A DNA stretch of 64,000 nt, taken from contig OZ024741.1 in the NCBI GenBank assembly GCA_964016885.1, forward strand, positions 69,192,001 through 69,256,000. Reading direction: 5' to 3'. Source of the DNA: Eledone cirrhosa (taxonomy: Eukaryota). The position numbers and the translations under genes were made by a program. Positions 1 to 9,259 of the stretch are shown piece by piece. The notes below the pieces were generated by a model. The model was not told where the DNA came from. It worked only from the letters and a program-made list of their open reading frames with translations, and made no database searches. Every line of letters starts with the position of its first letter. Positions within the stretch are counted from its first letter, which is position 1.

Positions 1-252
1 TTGTTTCCTTGAGCAAGGCACTTTATTTCACATTGCTCCAGTTTACTCAGCTGTAGAAATGAGATGATAGGGACGAGGGTCCCTATCATTCCACTGCAAA
101 GTGGTCGTGGAGGTGCCACAGCAAAAAAAGCACCCAGCACTCACTGAAAATGAGGTTGGTGTTAGGAAGGGCATCCAGCTGTAGAAATCAAGCCAGAATC
201 AGTTCCCGTCCCACCCTTGCAAGCAGGGAAAAGGCGGACGTAAAATGATGAT
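1..252 (+). mobile_element. CORE-like tRNA-derived SINE with RTE-derived 3' tail (5' end outside window)
   Basis: CCTTGAGCAAGGCACTTTATTTCACATTGCTCCAGTTTACTCAGCTGTAGAAATGAG central domain is followed by sequence shared with the RTE 3' UTR at 18559-18814 and a (GAT)n tail. Near-identical to the full copy at 29748-30091. Confidence 0.85.
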
Positions 253-344
253 ATATATATAAAATAAAGTACCAATAATGCACTGGGTAATTGCCTTGTG
301 CCAAAAGTAGAAACAATTATATATATATATATATATATATAATG

Positions 345-1000
345 TCATCATCATCCTTTTTATGTTCATTTTTCCATGCTTGCATGAGTTAGATGTGTTT
401 TTACCAGAACAGTGTCCAACCCCTTGTTGCATTCCTTCATCTCGTCTGTGAGGTTCATGCTGTTGAGATCTGCTCTCACTTTTTCTGTCCAGCTCTTCTT
501 AGGGTGTTCCTCTACTGCAGCCCCTTTTCAGTGGAAACTCTTGACATTTCTTCACCCAACAATCATTATCCATACAAATCACATGACCATACCAGTGTCG
601 TTTTCTCTCTTGCACACTTTGTATGATTCCTGTTAGATCCAATTTCTTTTTCAGTTCATCCATCAGAGCATGTTCACTTCCCTTCTCTCCAACCATTGCA
701 TAACCTCTGTATTTTCTGCCTATATTTCACTCCCATGCCAAATTGCATTTTGCATGCAGGTGTCATGCAGCTGGCCTTCTGTTCATAGAGAGAAACCATT
801 TGTTGTCAACAGAGGTAGTAGCTCCCCTAAACCTTTTCCACCTTGTTCTTATTTTAGCCCTCTATGTTTTCAGAGTAAACCCCTCTAGTGCTAATTAGTT
901 CACCTAGGTAACTATCAATTACTGCTATAGCGCCTTCTCAGGATTGGGAAAAATATATTTCACTGGGGCTCTTACTACTAACTCTTCTGTTAGTCTGCCT
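345..1000 (-). mobile_element. Degenerate RTE LINE 3' fragment
   Basis: Minus-strand remnants read VQERKRHWYGHV and WKRFRELLPLLTTNGFSL, matching the C-terminus of the RTE ORFs in this window; (CAT)n tail near 345. Confidence 0.8.
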
Positions 1001-1408
1001 GCAATTCCACTACACACACAAACACACGTGCATGTGTGTGTGTTAATGTATGAGTTTGTGTGTATGTTTGAATTTCTGTGTGTGTATATGTATGTGCATT
1101 TCTGTGTGTGTATATATATGTGAGTTTCTGTGTGTGTGTATACGTATGTGAGTTTCTGCCTCTGTGCATGTGTGAGCGAGTGAGTGAGGACAGCTCCCCT
1201 ACACCTCCATGAAGAATGATGGGGTCCTCTTTACCTATTATCTGAATAAATCAGTAGAATTAATCATTCTTGTGTACTTTGTTTTCTACACTCTAACAGG
1301 TTGTACACGTGCTTTCCTCTGTAACATTACTTGCTACTTTTTTAAAATATGCTTCTCTTACACTCATTCAATGACTAAATATATCTATACGTGTGTATTT
1401 TGTGTGAG

Positions 1409-1975
1409 CAAAGGCATGTGGCCTGCTAGTTAGTCTGATGAACTCACAATCTTGAGGTTGTGGGTTCAAAATTCTTGACCAGGTAGTGTATTGTATTCTT
1501 GAGCAAGACATTTCATTTCAAATTGCTTTTCATGATAGGATTGAGGTCCCTATTGTTAAAACACAGGAAAATCCTCCTATGAAATACAACCTTGTGGGAG
1601 GTTAGCTAGTAGATGGGAGGTGCAATTTTCATTTTGTCTGCGTGTAAAGACACTTGTAACAGAAGTGTGAGTTTCTGTGTGTGTGTCAGAACGACTCCTC
1701 TACAACTCCATCAAGAGTGAAGAGGTCCCTAATCTAACTAAGTCAATAGGATTAATCACTTTTAATCATGAGGTCATGGGTCGAATTCTTGAGCAAGACA
1801 TTTCATTTCACATTGCTTTTCATGATAAGATTGAGCCCCCCCCCCCCATTATTAAAACACAGGAGAAACCTCTTATGAGATATAACCTTGTGGAAAGACA
1901 GCTTGTAGATGTGAGTTGTAATTTTCATTTTGTGTATGTTTTTGTGTGTAAAGACACTTATAATGGAAGTATGTT
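1409..1975 (+). mobile_element. Two diverged CORE-like SINE remnants in an old tandem duplication
   Basis: TTCTTGAGCAAGACATTTCATTTCA(A/C)ATTGCTTTTCATGATA and about 150 bp downstream recur at about 1496-1670 and 1786-1975. Confidence 0.6.
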
Positions 1976-2427
1976 TGAGATAACAGATAAAATGTATCTA
2001 AGGATGCATGTTGTTGTTATCTATATGCTATGATAACTGCAATTACCGTATATGATAGTTGATGTATGAATTCTATCAAGATATATTCCTCTGAACATTG
2101 GTGCTTTTGGGAGGGGGGGGGGCTTTATTTAAATGAGTAGTTAGAAACAATTTATAGCTTAAATTTTACAATCTAGTTTCTTATAAACCCAATTGCATTC
2201 AGAAACAGGAAGTCTTTAATGTCTTTAAATTCATTCAGTGCATTCTAGAATTAACCTCAGAGATTGTGTCAAGTGTGCATTGACATGTGCATGTTCAAAG
2301 CTGGTTAATGAGAATGGTTCAGCCTTGCGACTGTTAAACATCTCATGTTTTCTCATATATCTTAGGGTGAATAACATTTTTTTTTCACAGCATGAATAAA
2401 ATTATTTAAGAATATGCTTTTATATTT

Positions 2428-2760
2428 GTCATCATCACCACATTTATCATCACTACTACTACCACCACCACCACCATAGTCATCATCATCACCATTATTA
2501 TTATCATCACCACCACCACTATCACTGTTTTCATCACCTCCACCATTACCATTATCACTGCCACCACCATCATCATCATCGTCAGCAGCACCACCACCAT
2601 CATCATCATCACTACCACTACCATCCTCATCATCATAATCATTACTATCACCACCATCACCATTACCATCACTATCACCATTACCACCACTATCACCATT
2701 ATCATCACCACTACTACCATCCTCATCATCATTACTATCACGACTACCATTACCATCATC
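2428..2760. repeat. (CAC/CAT)n trinucleotide low-complexity tract
   Basis: Visible directly; explains the M/V-rich ORF 2406..2759. Confidence 0.95.
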
Positions 2761-3012
2761 CTGCCTACTTTTCTAAGTGGATATGGGTTAGCTGGAACTT
2801 TTTATTGCAATATTTCATCAGCAGATATACTTTTAGATGCCAACCCATTTAATTGCTTCTTACTACATGTCGTGTATCTATAAACTGGGATGCTCACAAT
2901 AAGGAAATACAAATGAGACATTTGACGCTTCTTACTTGCAATGAATGACTCCAGCATTAAATGAAAACAGCAACAATAACAAACATATTTTTACTGTATG
3001 ATCAGGTATAAT

Positions 3013-3226
3013 GGTTTCTGATTTAGGCACAAGGCCAGGAATTTTGGGGGAGGGAAAATCGATTAAATCAACTCAGTACGTGACTGGTACTTTATTTTAT
3101 TGACCCCGTAAGGATGAAAGGCAAAGCTAACCTCGGTGGGATTTGAACTCAGAACGTAAAGAGCCGTAACTCTATGCCATGAAGAGGGTGTCCGACGTTC
3201 TACCAATACTGCCAATCCACCGCCCC
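3013..3226 (-). mobile_element. tRNA-derived SINE, family S1 (most abundant family here), full length with TSD
   Basis: Minus strand has head GGGCGGTGGATTGGCAG, B-box GAGTTCAAATCC, central GCCTTTCATCCTTACGGGGTC.ATAAAATAAAGTACCAG and an ATT tail. TSD TCAGGTATAAT at 3002-3012 and 3230-3240. Confidence 0.9.
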
Positions 3227-3349
3227 TGGTCAGGTATAATAGTAAATAAAGGTGGTTAAGCTTGAAAGTGTTATTTTCAGGAAGTCATCACAAAACATTT
3301 CCATACAGTACATGCAAAAAAATTAGATAGGACAACATTAGTCAATAAT

Positions 3350-3455
3350 TGTTTCTACTTTTGGCACAAGGTCAGCAATTATCCCAGTGTATTACTACTG
3401 GTATTTTATTTTATCGACCCCCTAAGGATGAAAAGCAAAGTTAACCTCGGCGGGA
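3350..3455 (-). mobile_element. 5'-truncated S1 SINE inserted in the PLE remnant
   Basis: S1 3' half; TSD TAGTCAATAAT at 3339-3349 and 3456-3466. Confidence 0.85.
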
Positions 3456-3583
3456 TAGTCAATAATACTATAATTTTATATAGAATTCCACACAAAACAA
3501 AGCAGTCAACTATAGAGGCTCTACTAATATCAGAATATAAACCAAAAATTAACACACAGATACAACATACTGACATCAGTTAT

Positions 3584-3928
3584 TTTTTCCAGCCTGTGAC
3601 GTTCCCGACGTTTGGTGGAGTTGGGCCACTGACAGCGAAGTTTTTATCATCGCCCTTGAGGGTGCCTGGTTGTTTCAGCCTCGCCATCACCCGTGGCAAT
3701 GCTGCGAGCATATTGGCTTACCTCAAAGTGTTTAGTTAACTCTTATGATGTGATGATGTGCGATCGATTGTTGCACCTTATTTTTCTTCTTTTTCTGTCG
3801 TTTATGCGTTTATATTTGTGTTTATCAATGCCATTATATTTGTAATATTCTTCTGAACGAATTGCGAGCAATTTACAATGTTATTTACGCATTTGTAATG
3901 TTATTTATACAACTATGAATAAAAACAG
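3584..3928 (+). mobile_element. CRE-type (restriction-like endonuclease) non-LTR retrotransposon 3' fragment
   Basis: FFQPVTFPTFGGVGPLTAKFL...SLAITRGNAASILAYL matches the RLE C-terminal pattern F.P...ET.G..G....FL...LS.A..RGNA; T-rich UTR ends AATAAAAA. Possible TSD CAGTTAT at 3577-3583 and 3929-3935. Confidence 0.7.
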
Positions 3929-4001
3929 CAGTTATCCGTGTATTACACATTTTATCCTATGTCTTTACTGTTAATTTTAAATCAGACATCCACGATCCCC
4001 C

Positions 4002-4032
<31 letters not shown>

Positions 4033-4093
4033 ACTTTGTCTATTCTTTGTCTACTACTAAGTACGTGACCAATACACCACTAGTTTGACTATT

Positions 4094-4140
4094 TTGATTC
4101 TGAAGATGGAGCTTTGAAGGCGGTTCTGAAACGTTAATAC
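4094..4140 (+). ncRNA. Minimal type-I hammerhead ribozyme motif (PLE-associated, degenerate)
   Basis: CTGAAGA (4100-4106), helix II GGAGC/GTTCT, GAAA (4128-4131), palindromic ACGT helix III; helix I is weak. Confidence 0.5.
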
Positions 4141-4295
4141 ACACATGGATTCAGAACGTTATTGTTCCAATCTAAGAATAAAAACTAATAAGGAAATACG
4201 ACAAATCCTTAATACAAATGATCAACTGGGAACACATTCGGGTTTTCAATATAATGTATTTGAAAGAAAAACTGTTTCCTACTTATACATAGATA

Positions 4296-4837
4296 TATTT
4301 CTTTATTTGCCACAAGGGCGCACAAGAAAAGAGGACAATACAAAGACATGCCGGGGATTTTACATACAGTCATGTAAAAAATATAAAAACAAACAATTAC
4401 AACAATCGAAACCCCCACTAGGGAAGAGGCGCCACAAATGGATTGTTTAATACCCCGTCGATAGAACAACCCTCAACTCCAGGAGCGTGTTGTGCAAGTG
4501 CTCTTTTCTTCCCTTTGCTCTCTTCTTCAACCTACAGGCTTATAAACAAAGAAGGCCCAATCACTCGGGCCATTTTCGCTTCATTCCCCCACCTTTCAGT
4601 AAATTTACTGGGGTGCAGTGCCTCTCTCTCGACTCTGATTCTCCTTCTAAAGTAATACTTAAAGAAGGGAATCAATTGTTGTCCGGAGAGAAAGGCATCT
4701 GTCCCCAGTCCTCTCAATCTCATCCACCATATAACATCTTTCACCATAGCCACCGTACAGAGGAAAACCGCTTCTCTTTCGTTTTTGAAAGAGGCTGGTG
4801 GTTTGATCCTTACTATGGACTCGGCAGTCAACTGGAT
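4296..4837 (-). mobile_element. L1/Tx1-type LINE, 5'-truncated, with 14-bp TSD
   Basis: C-terminal ORF (stop at 4532) AMVKDVIWWMR...FKYYFRRRIRVERE...KFTERW fits the L1/Tx1 ORF2 tail pattern. Exact TSD CTTATACATAGATA at 4282-4295 and 4838-4851. Confidence 0.8.
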
Positions 4838-5653
4838 CTTATACATAGATAGATAGATTAACAGATAACAGTTTGAGACACTTTCCTGGGTGAAATGAAT
4901 GAACCACGACACTACAGGATTTCGGCACGAAGTTACGATAAAATTCGATGCCTAATCACATGAGCTTTCTCAACCTATCAAATTGCACTTCAAAATTTTG
5001 CGTAAAACTGAAAAAAATTCCCCAACAGATGAATATTATAAGTCGGCATAACCACACATATCTCCATCTGTCTTATCTTTTGAAAATTAAGAAACTTGTG
5101 AAACCACTAACGTTATAAATTATTGTAAATAAGCCTTCTTAAAGACTCCAATTGCATTTTCAACATATTTTTACCCGTGTGGGATATATAAAAAAACAAA
5201 ACTTACCTTCGATATATATATATATATGAGTTAAGATTCTATTGGTTTTTTCCCAGGATTACACAAAATCTGTGGATAAAATTTGTGGTTTTGACTTGTT
5301 TTGAATTGGGATTAAATTATTTTCCCATATCTTACGTTAAATATTTTTCATCTTGAAGTAATAGTCACTTATATGTCTGAATTACTGTTGGCTTCTTGCT
5401 TACATTAATTTCTCTATTTTGATATATATATATAGGAAAAGAGTCAGGACTCTTTTCGTTGCCACACTTTCTTTGTTATATAAGGTTATGCAAGAAATGC
5501 TTAGGATTATCCTGAATGCAGTAATGGTTAATTACTACACTGGATAGAGTTGACGTACGGTGAGGGGTTACTCAACGAGTTATGGAAGAATAGTTGAAGA
5601 AACTCAGTTCCTGATCCTTCTGTATTCCGGAGTGTAGATAAGGAATGAATAAT

Positions 5654-5827
5654 TGTTTCTACTATTGGCACAAGGCCAGCAATTACCCAGTACATTACTG
5701 GTACTTTATTTTATCGACCCCGTAAGGATGAAAGGTAAAGTTAACCTTGGCGGGATTTGAACTCAGAATGGCAAGGGCCGTAACTCTATGCGTCCGATCC
5801 TCTACCGATACTGCCAATCCACCGCCC
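5654..5827 (-). mobile_element. S1 SINE with TSD
   Basis: S1 sequence; TSD GATAA(G/A)GAATGAATAAT at 5637-5653 and 5835-5851. Confidence 0.9.
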
Positions 5828-5835
5828 TTGATAAG

Positions 5836-5944
5836 ATAAAGAATGAATAATAACAGGTAGACATCATAAAAAGGTAATTTATTCTGTGTCACCGTTTTTG
5901 ATAATAAATTACCTTTTTATGATGTCTGCCTGTTATTATTCATT

Positions 5945-5950
<6 letters not shown>
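5836..5950. repeat. Near-perfect inverted repeat (48-bp arms, 19-nt loop) abutting (TA)n
   Basis: Arms 5836-5883 and 5903-5950 are reverse complements with one mismatch. Confidence 0.95.
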
Positions 5951-5991
<41 letters not shown>

Positions 5992-6985
5992 AAGTTTTAT
6001 TTAAATTGTTGGGTTAACAACGAGTAAATATTTATAACTGATATAAAAGCACTCAACAAGTATTTTTTTTATTTGTTTTATTTTTTTGTTTTTTATTTAC
6101 TTTTTGTTTCTGATATTTTTATTGATATATTGATATCTGTTCTCTATTTATGCTTGAACGATAATCATGTAGAGTAAAGACATGAATAGTATTGTTAAAA
6201 TTAATGTAGACTCTATATATATTTGTGTGTATGTACACATATATGTATACTTAAATTTTTATAGCACAATGAGAATGTTTTCGTGTGAAATAGGAATTTG
6301 CAGAGCTGATCACGTAAATTCACATGGATGTGTATAGTATAAAATCTGGGATAACCTTCTATTTTATCTCAACTCTAATATAAACCTAGGATTTTTAGAC
6401 TAGACATATGATCATTATTTTTCACACATTATTGATACGTGTCTCATTCATGAATACTGATATTTACATTATAATGCCTGGTTTATACGAATTGATATGT
6501 TTTACATTGATGATACATAGTGTTTTAAATCTGCCTCGTTTTTGTCTGGATATTTTTCTTTTTCTTTTCTCTCTATGTAACGGCTGTTTTCTCTCTTAAC
6601 CACATATATCTCTCTCTACATTAATACTAGAGCTAAATAAATAAATAAATAAATAAATATAACATTGATACATCATTCAACTGGTGCCCAACTACCTAGT
6701 TTCTTTCTCTCTATCTCTATCTATATCTATCTCTCTATATTTTCTCTCTATCTCTCTCTCCTCTCTTCTCTCTCTCTATATATATCTATCTCCCTCTGTG
6801 TTTTTTCCTCTCTCTCTCTATATCTCTCTCTGTTTCTTTACATGAATTTCTTCTCTCTATCTATCTCTCTATATCTATCTCTCTCTATTTAGTTGCATGC
6901 ATTTCTTCTTTTTCTTCGTTTTTCTTTCTTTCTTTTTATAACTGTCCCTAATATTTTTTCACTACCAAATCAACTTTTCAAATAG

Positions 6986-7001
6986 AAGTCGAAGTTGAAA
7001 G
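6986..7001 (+). other. Candidate 16-nt microexon
   Basis: Long pyrimidine tract 6901-6960, branch-like CTAAT 6948-6952, acceptor TTTTCAAATAG, exon AAGTCGAAGTTGAAAG, donor AG|GTATGT. Confidence 0.45.
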
Positions 7002-7029
7002 GTATGTCGAATCTATCTATTTATATTGT

Positions 7030-7093
7030 ATTTTGTCTGAAGAAGGCATAACATATTTTTAATATGATATCCCTGAAATATATATAATGAAAT
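7030..7093 (+). ncRNA. Complete minimal type-I hammerhead ribozyme motif
   Basis: Helix I ATTTTGT/ATGAAAT, CTGAAGA 7037-7043, helix II AGG-ATA-CATATT/AATATG-TAT-CCT, GAAA 7075-7078, palindromic ATATATAT helix III, predicted cleavage after UA at 7086. Confidence 0.7.
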
Positions 7094-7134
7094 AAATATG
7101 GTTTTATAAATATAGTTTCCATTTATTTAATATC

Positions 7135-7173
<39 letters not shown>

Positions 7174-7207
7174 CAGCGAGATCGTATTTCGGCATATATA
7201 TATACAT

Positions 7208-7282
7208 AGGGTGTCCCCCAAATGTATACCCCCCTTTTTTACAATACTGTTGAAGTGTGAATATATATTTTTGGGACATCCT
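7208..7282. mobile_element. Tc1/mariner-type MITE (about 75 bp)
   Basis: TIRs AGGGTGTCCCCCAAATGTATA / TATATTTTTGGGACATCCT; same family as 31598-31698 and the half copy at about 8540-8590. Confidence 0.65.
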
Positions 7283-7572
7283 CTCTCACTTTCCCTCTCT
7301 CTCTCAAATGCGTGCATAAAGTTTACTTAATATGGAGTATTGTGAGATACATTTGAAAAGATAGTTTTAACCCTGAAATATTGTTGAAATATAACTGGGT
7401 AAAAACATTGTTTTGTTTTATTTGACATTCTTTGATCTTTTTATATTTCTATTGAAATCTTAGACTAGCAACTATGTCACCTTTTTTGAGCAAGCATCTT
7501 AAATTTAAAAATTATTTTCTTTTATAACAATAGGTGTAAAAGCCGAATAGAATATATATATATATATATATC

Positions 7573-7601
<29 letters not shown>

Positions 7602-7608
<7 letters not shown>

Positions 7609-7790
7609 AAGGAATTGTGGTAAGGAACCAAATGGACCATATCGCACCAGAGTACTCAATATTTAGGGTAGTAGAGTGGGAAATAGGAAAAAGTATGACC
7701 CCGACGGCAGAGCTCAAGCCGTTTCGACGGCTATTTCTGGACTCCAGAAACGGCTTGAGCTCTGCCGTCGGGGTCATACTTTTTCCTATA
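7602..7790. mobile_element. Fold-back element in (TA)n, carrying the 3' half of a hammerhead (family F, copy 1)
   Basis: Arms of about 43 bp, ATAGGAAAAAGTATGACCCCGACGGCAGAGCTCAAGCCGTTTC and its reverse complement; homologous to 16687-16822 and 33716-33808. Confidence 0.75.
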
Positions 7791-7821
7791 TATATATATA
7801 TATATATATATAAATATATAT

Positions 7822-8535
7822 TATAAATATAGAGTTATAAACTCAAACAGTCTTTTACAATTAAATAACTCAAAGAAAGAAATATTTCTGAGCCGTGAAA
7901 TACAAGTTAATATAAATTAATATATATGATAAACACTAATACAATTATATATGTGTTTGTATTGTAAATGACCAAGTTAGCTAGATTGAAAAATACTAAT
8001 TATATTAATACAGTTTGCCTGTCTCGATTTAAAATAATAAATCAATAAAAACAAACCCATATTGGCAATAGCCGTGGTACTTGGACAAATTTAAATTTCA
8101 AAATCCAAACCTGTTCCGTAGATAAGTTTAAACTTCAAAATCCAAATAAGTTTCGATAATTGAAAAAGGGAAAAAATACCATCTTCAGTTCTCATCAGCA
8201 AGTACCCAGAAAATTGGTATGTTTCACCTCAAAATATTTAAGAAGACTGATCGACGCACATGGTTTCTCAGTGTCTAGCTACCGCATACTCGTGCTGCTA
8301 GAAATAACAGCCGTTTTTATGGGACTAAAACTTGTATTTCACGGCTCAGAAATATTTCTTTCTTTGAGCTATTTAATTGTAAAAGACTGTTTGAGTTTAT
8401 AACTCTATATTTATAGTATTACGGCTCCTTTTGTTGAGCTAATTTTAGTCCCATAAAAGCGGCTGTTATTTCTAGCAGCACGAGTATGCGGTAGCTAAAC
8501 ACTGAGAAACCATGTGCGTCGATCAGTCTTCTTAA
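7822..8535 (-). mobile_element. PLE-like remnant with interleaved inverted repeats
   Basis: 7822-7908 is the inverse of about 8329-8415; 8238-8330 is the inverse of 8442-8535. Minus-strand CTGAAGATGGTA...TATCGAAA motif at 8188-8151. Confidence 0.6.
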
Positions 8536-8699
8536 AACAACATTTTAACAGCATTTTAATAAAAGTGTATACATTTTTGGGGGACACCCTATATATATAT
8601 ATATATATAGACAGTCGATCGACTTTCGTCAAATCGGACCGAGGATCCAATGTTTCCATTGGTCTTTCCACTTGCTAATACTATCTATCGGTCGCAACT

Positions 8700-8823
8700 C
8701 CAGGTAGAAGGAGCAACGTGAAATAAAGGGTCTTGCTCAAGGACATAACGCATCACCCGGTCCACACAACCTCACGTTTGTGAATCCAATTCTCTAACCA
8801 CTTAGCCACGTACACACGCCTCC
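8700..8823 (-). mobile_element. CORE-like SINE 5' part
   Basis: Minus strand reads GTGGCTAAGTGGTTAGAG (A-box) ... CCTTGAGCAAGACCCTTTATTTCACGTTGCTCC. Confidence 0.7.
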
Positions 8824-9259
8824 ACACACACACTAGGGTAAAATGATAGGAGGCCGGACCGGTTGTATTCCTTTAGATTTTATTACTGAAAACACTATGC
8901 ACATTTCAGTGGCCAGGTGACGTATGAACTCAGGGACATCATGAGGTGAATAACTGCATAATAGTTAAGAAAAAACGAGAATATAGACATATATTGTATG
9001 AACCTAGAGTCATCAGTTACATGCTTTAGTGCTCTCTTTTAATATCACCTCCATCTTGCGGTTTTAAGAGTATAAACATTACCATGTGATGATTAAAATA
9101 TTGATAGAGAATCTTAAGGCTTAGTGTTAAAGTACTGCGTGTGTCCCCCCCCCCCAACGTGCGCATATACACACACACGCACACACTCTCCCTCTCTGTA
9201 GATGTTTTATTACCTATAGTTGTTAGCTATCTGTGAGGTACAGCTAATTAACTCCTTAG

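Larger units (their letters stand above)
3278..4160 (+). mobile_element. Penelope-like element (PLE) 3' remnant: GIY-YIG C-terminus plus terminal repeat, interrupted twice
   Basis: After removing the two insertions the frame reads QEVITKHFHTVHAKKLDRTTLVNNTIILYRIPHKTKQSTIEALLISEYKPKINTQIQHTD...RVLHI, the typical PLE endonuclease tail (EALLI..KP.IN.Q). A hammerhead-like motif follows at 4100. Confidence 0.75.

Noticed and set aside
3428-3739. 103-aa ORF as a gene
   Set aside because: Chance in-frame fusion of SINE, PLE and CRE-like fragments.
5195-5215. Minus-strand AG|GTAAGT donor
   Set aside because: Preceded by (AT)n with no credible acceptor or exon.
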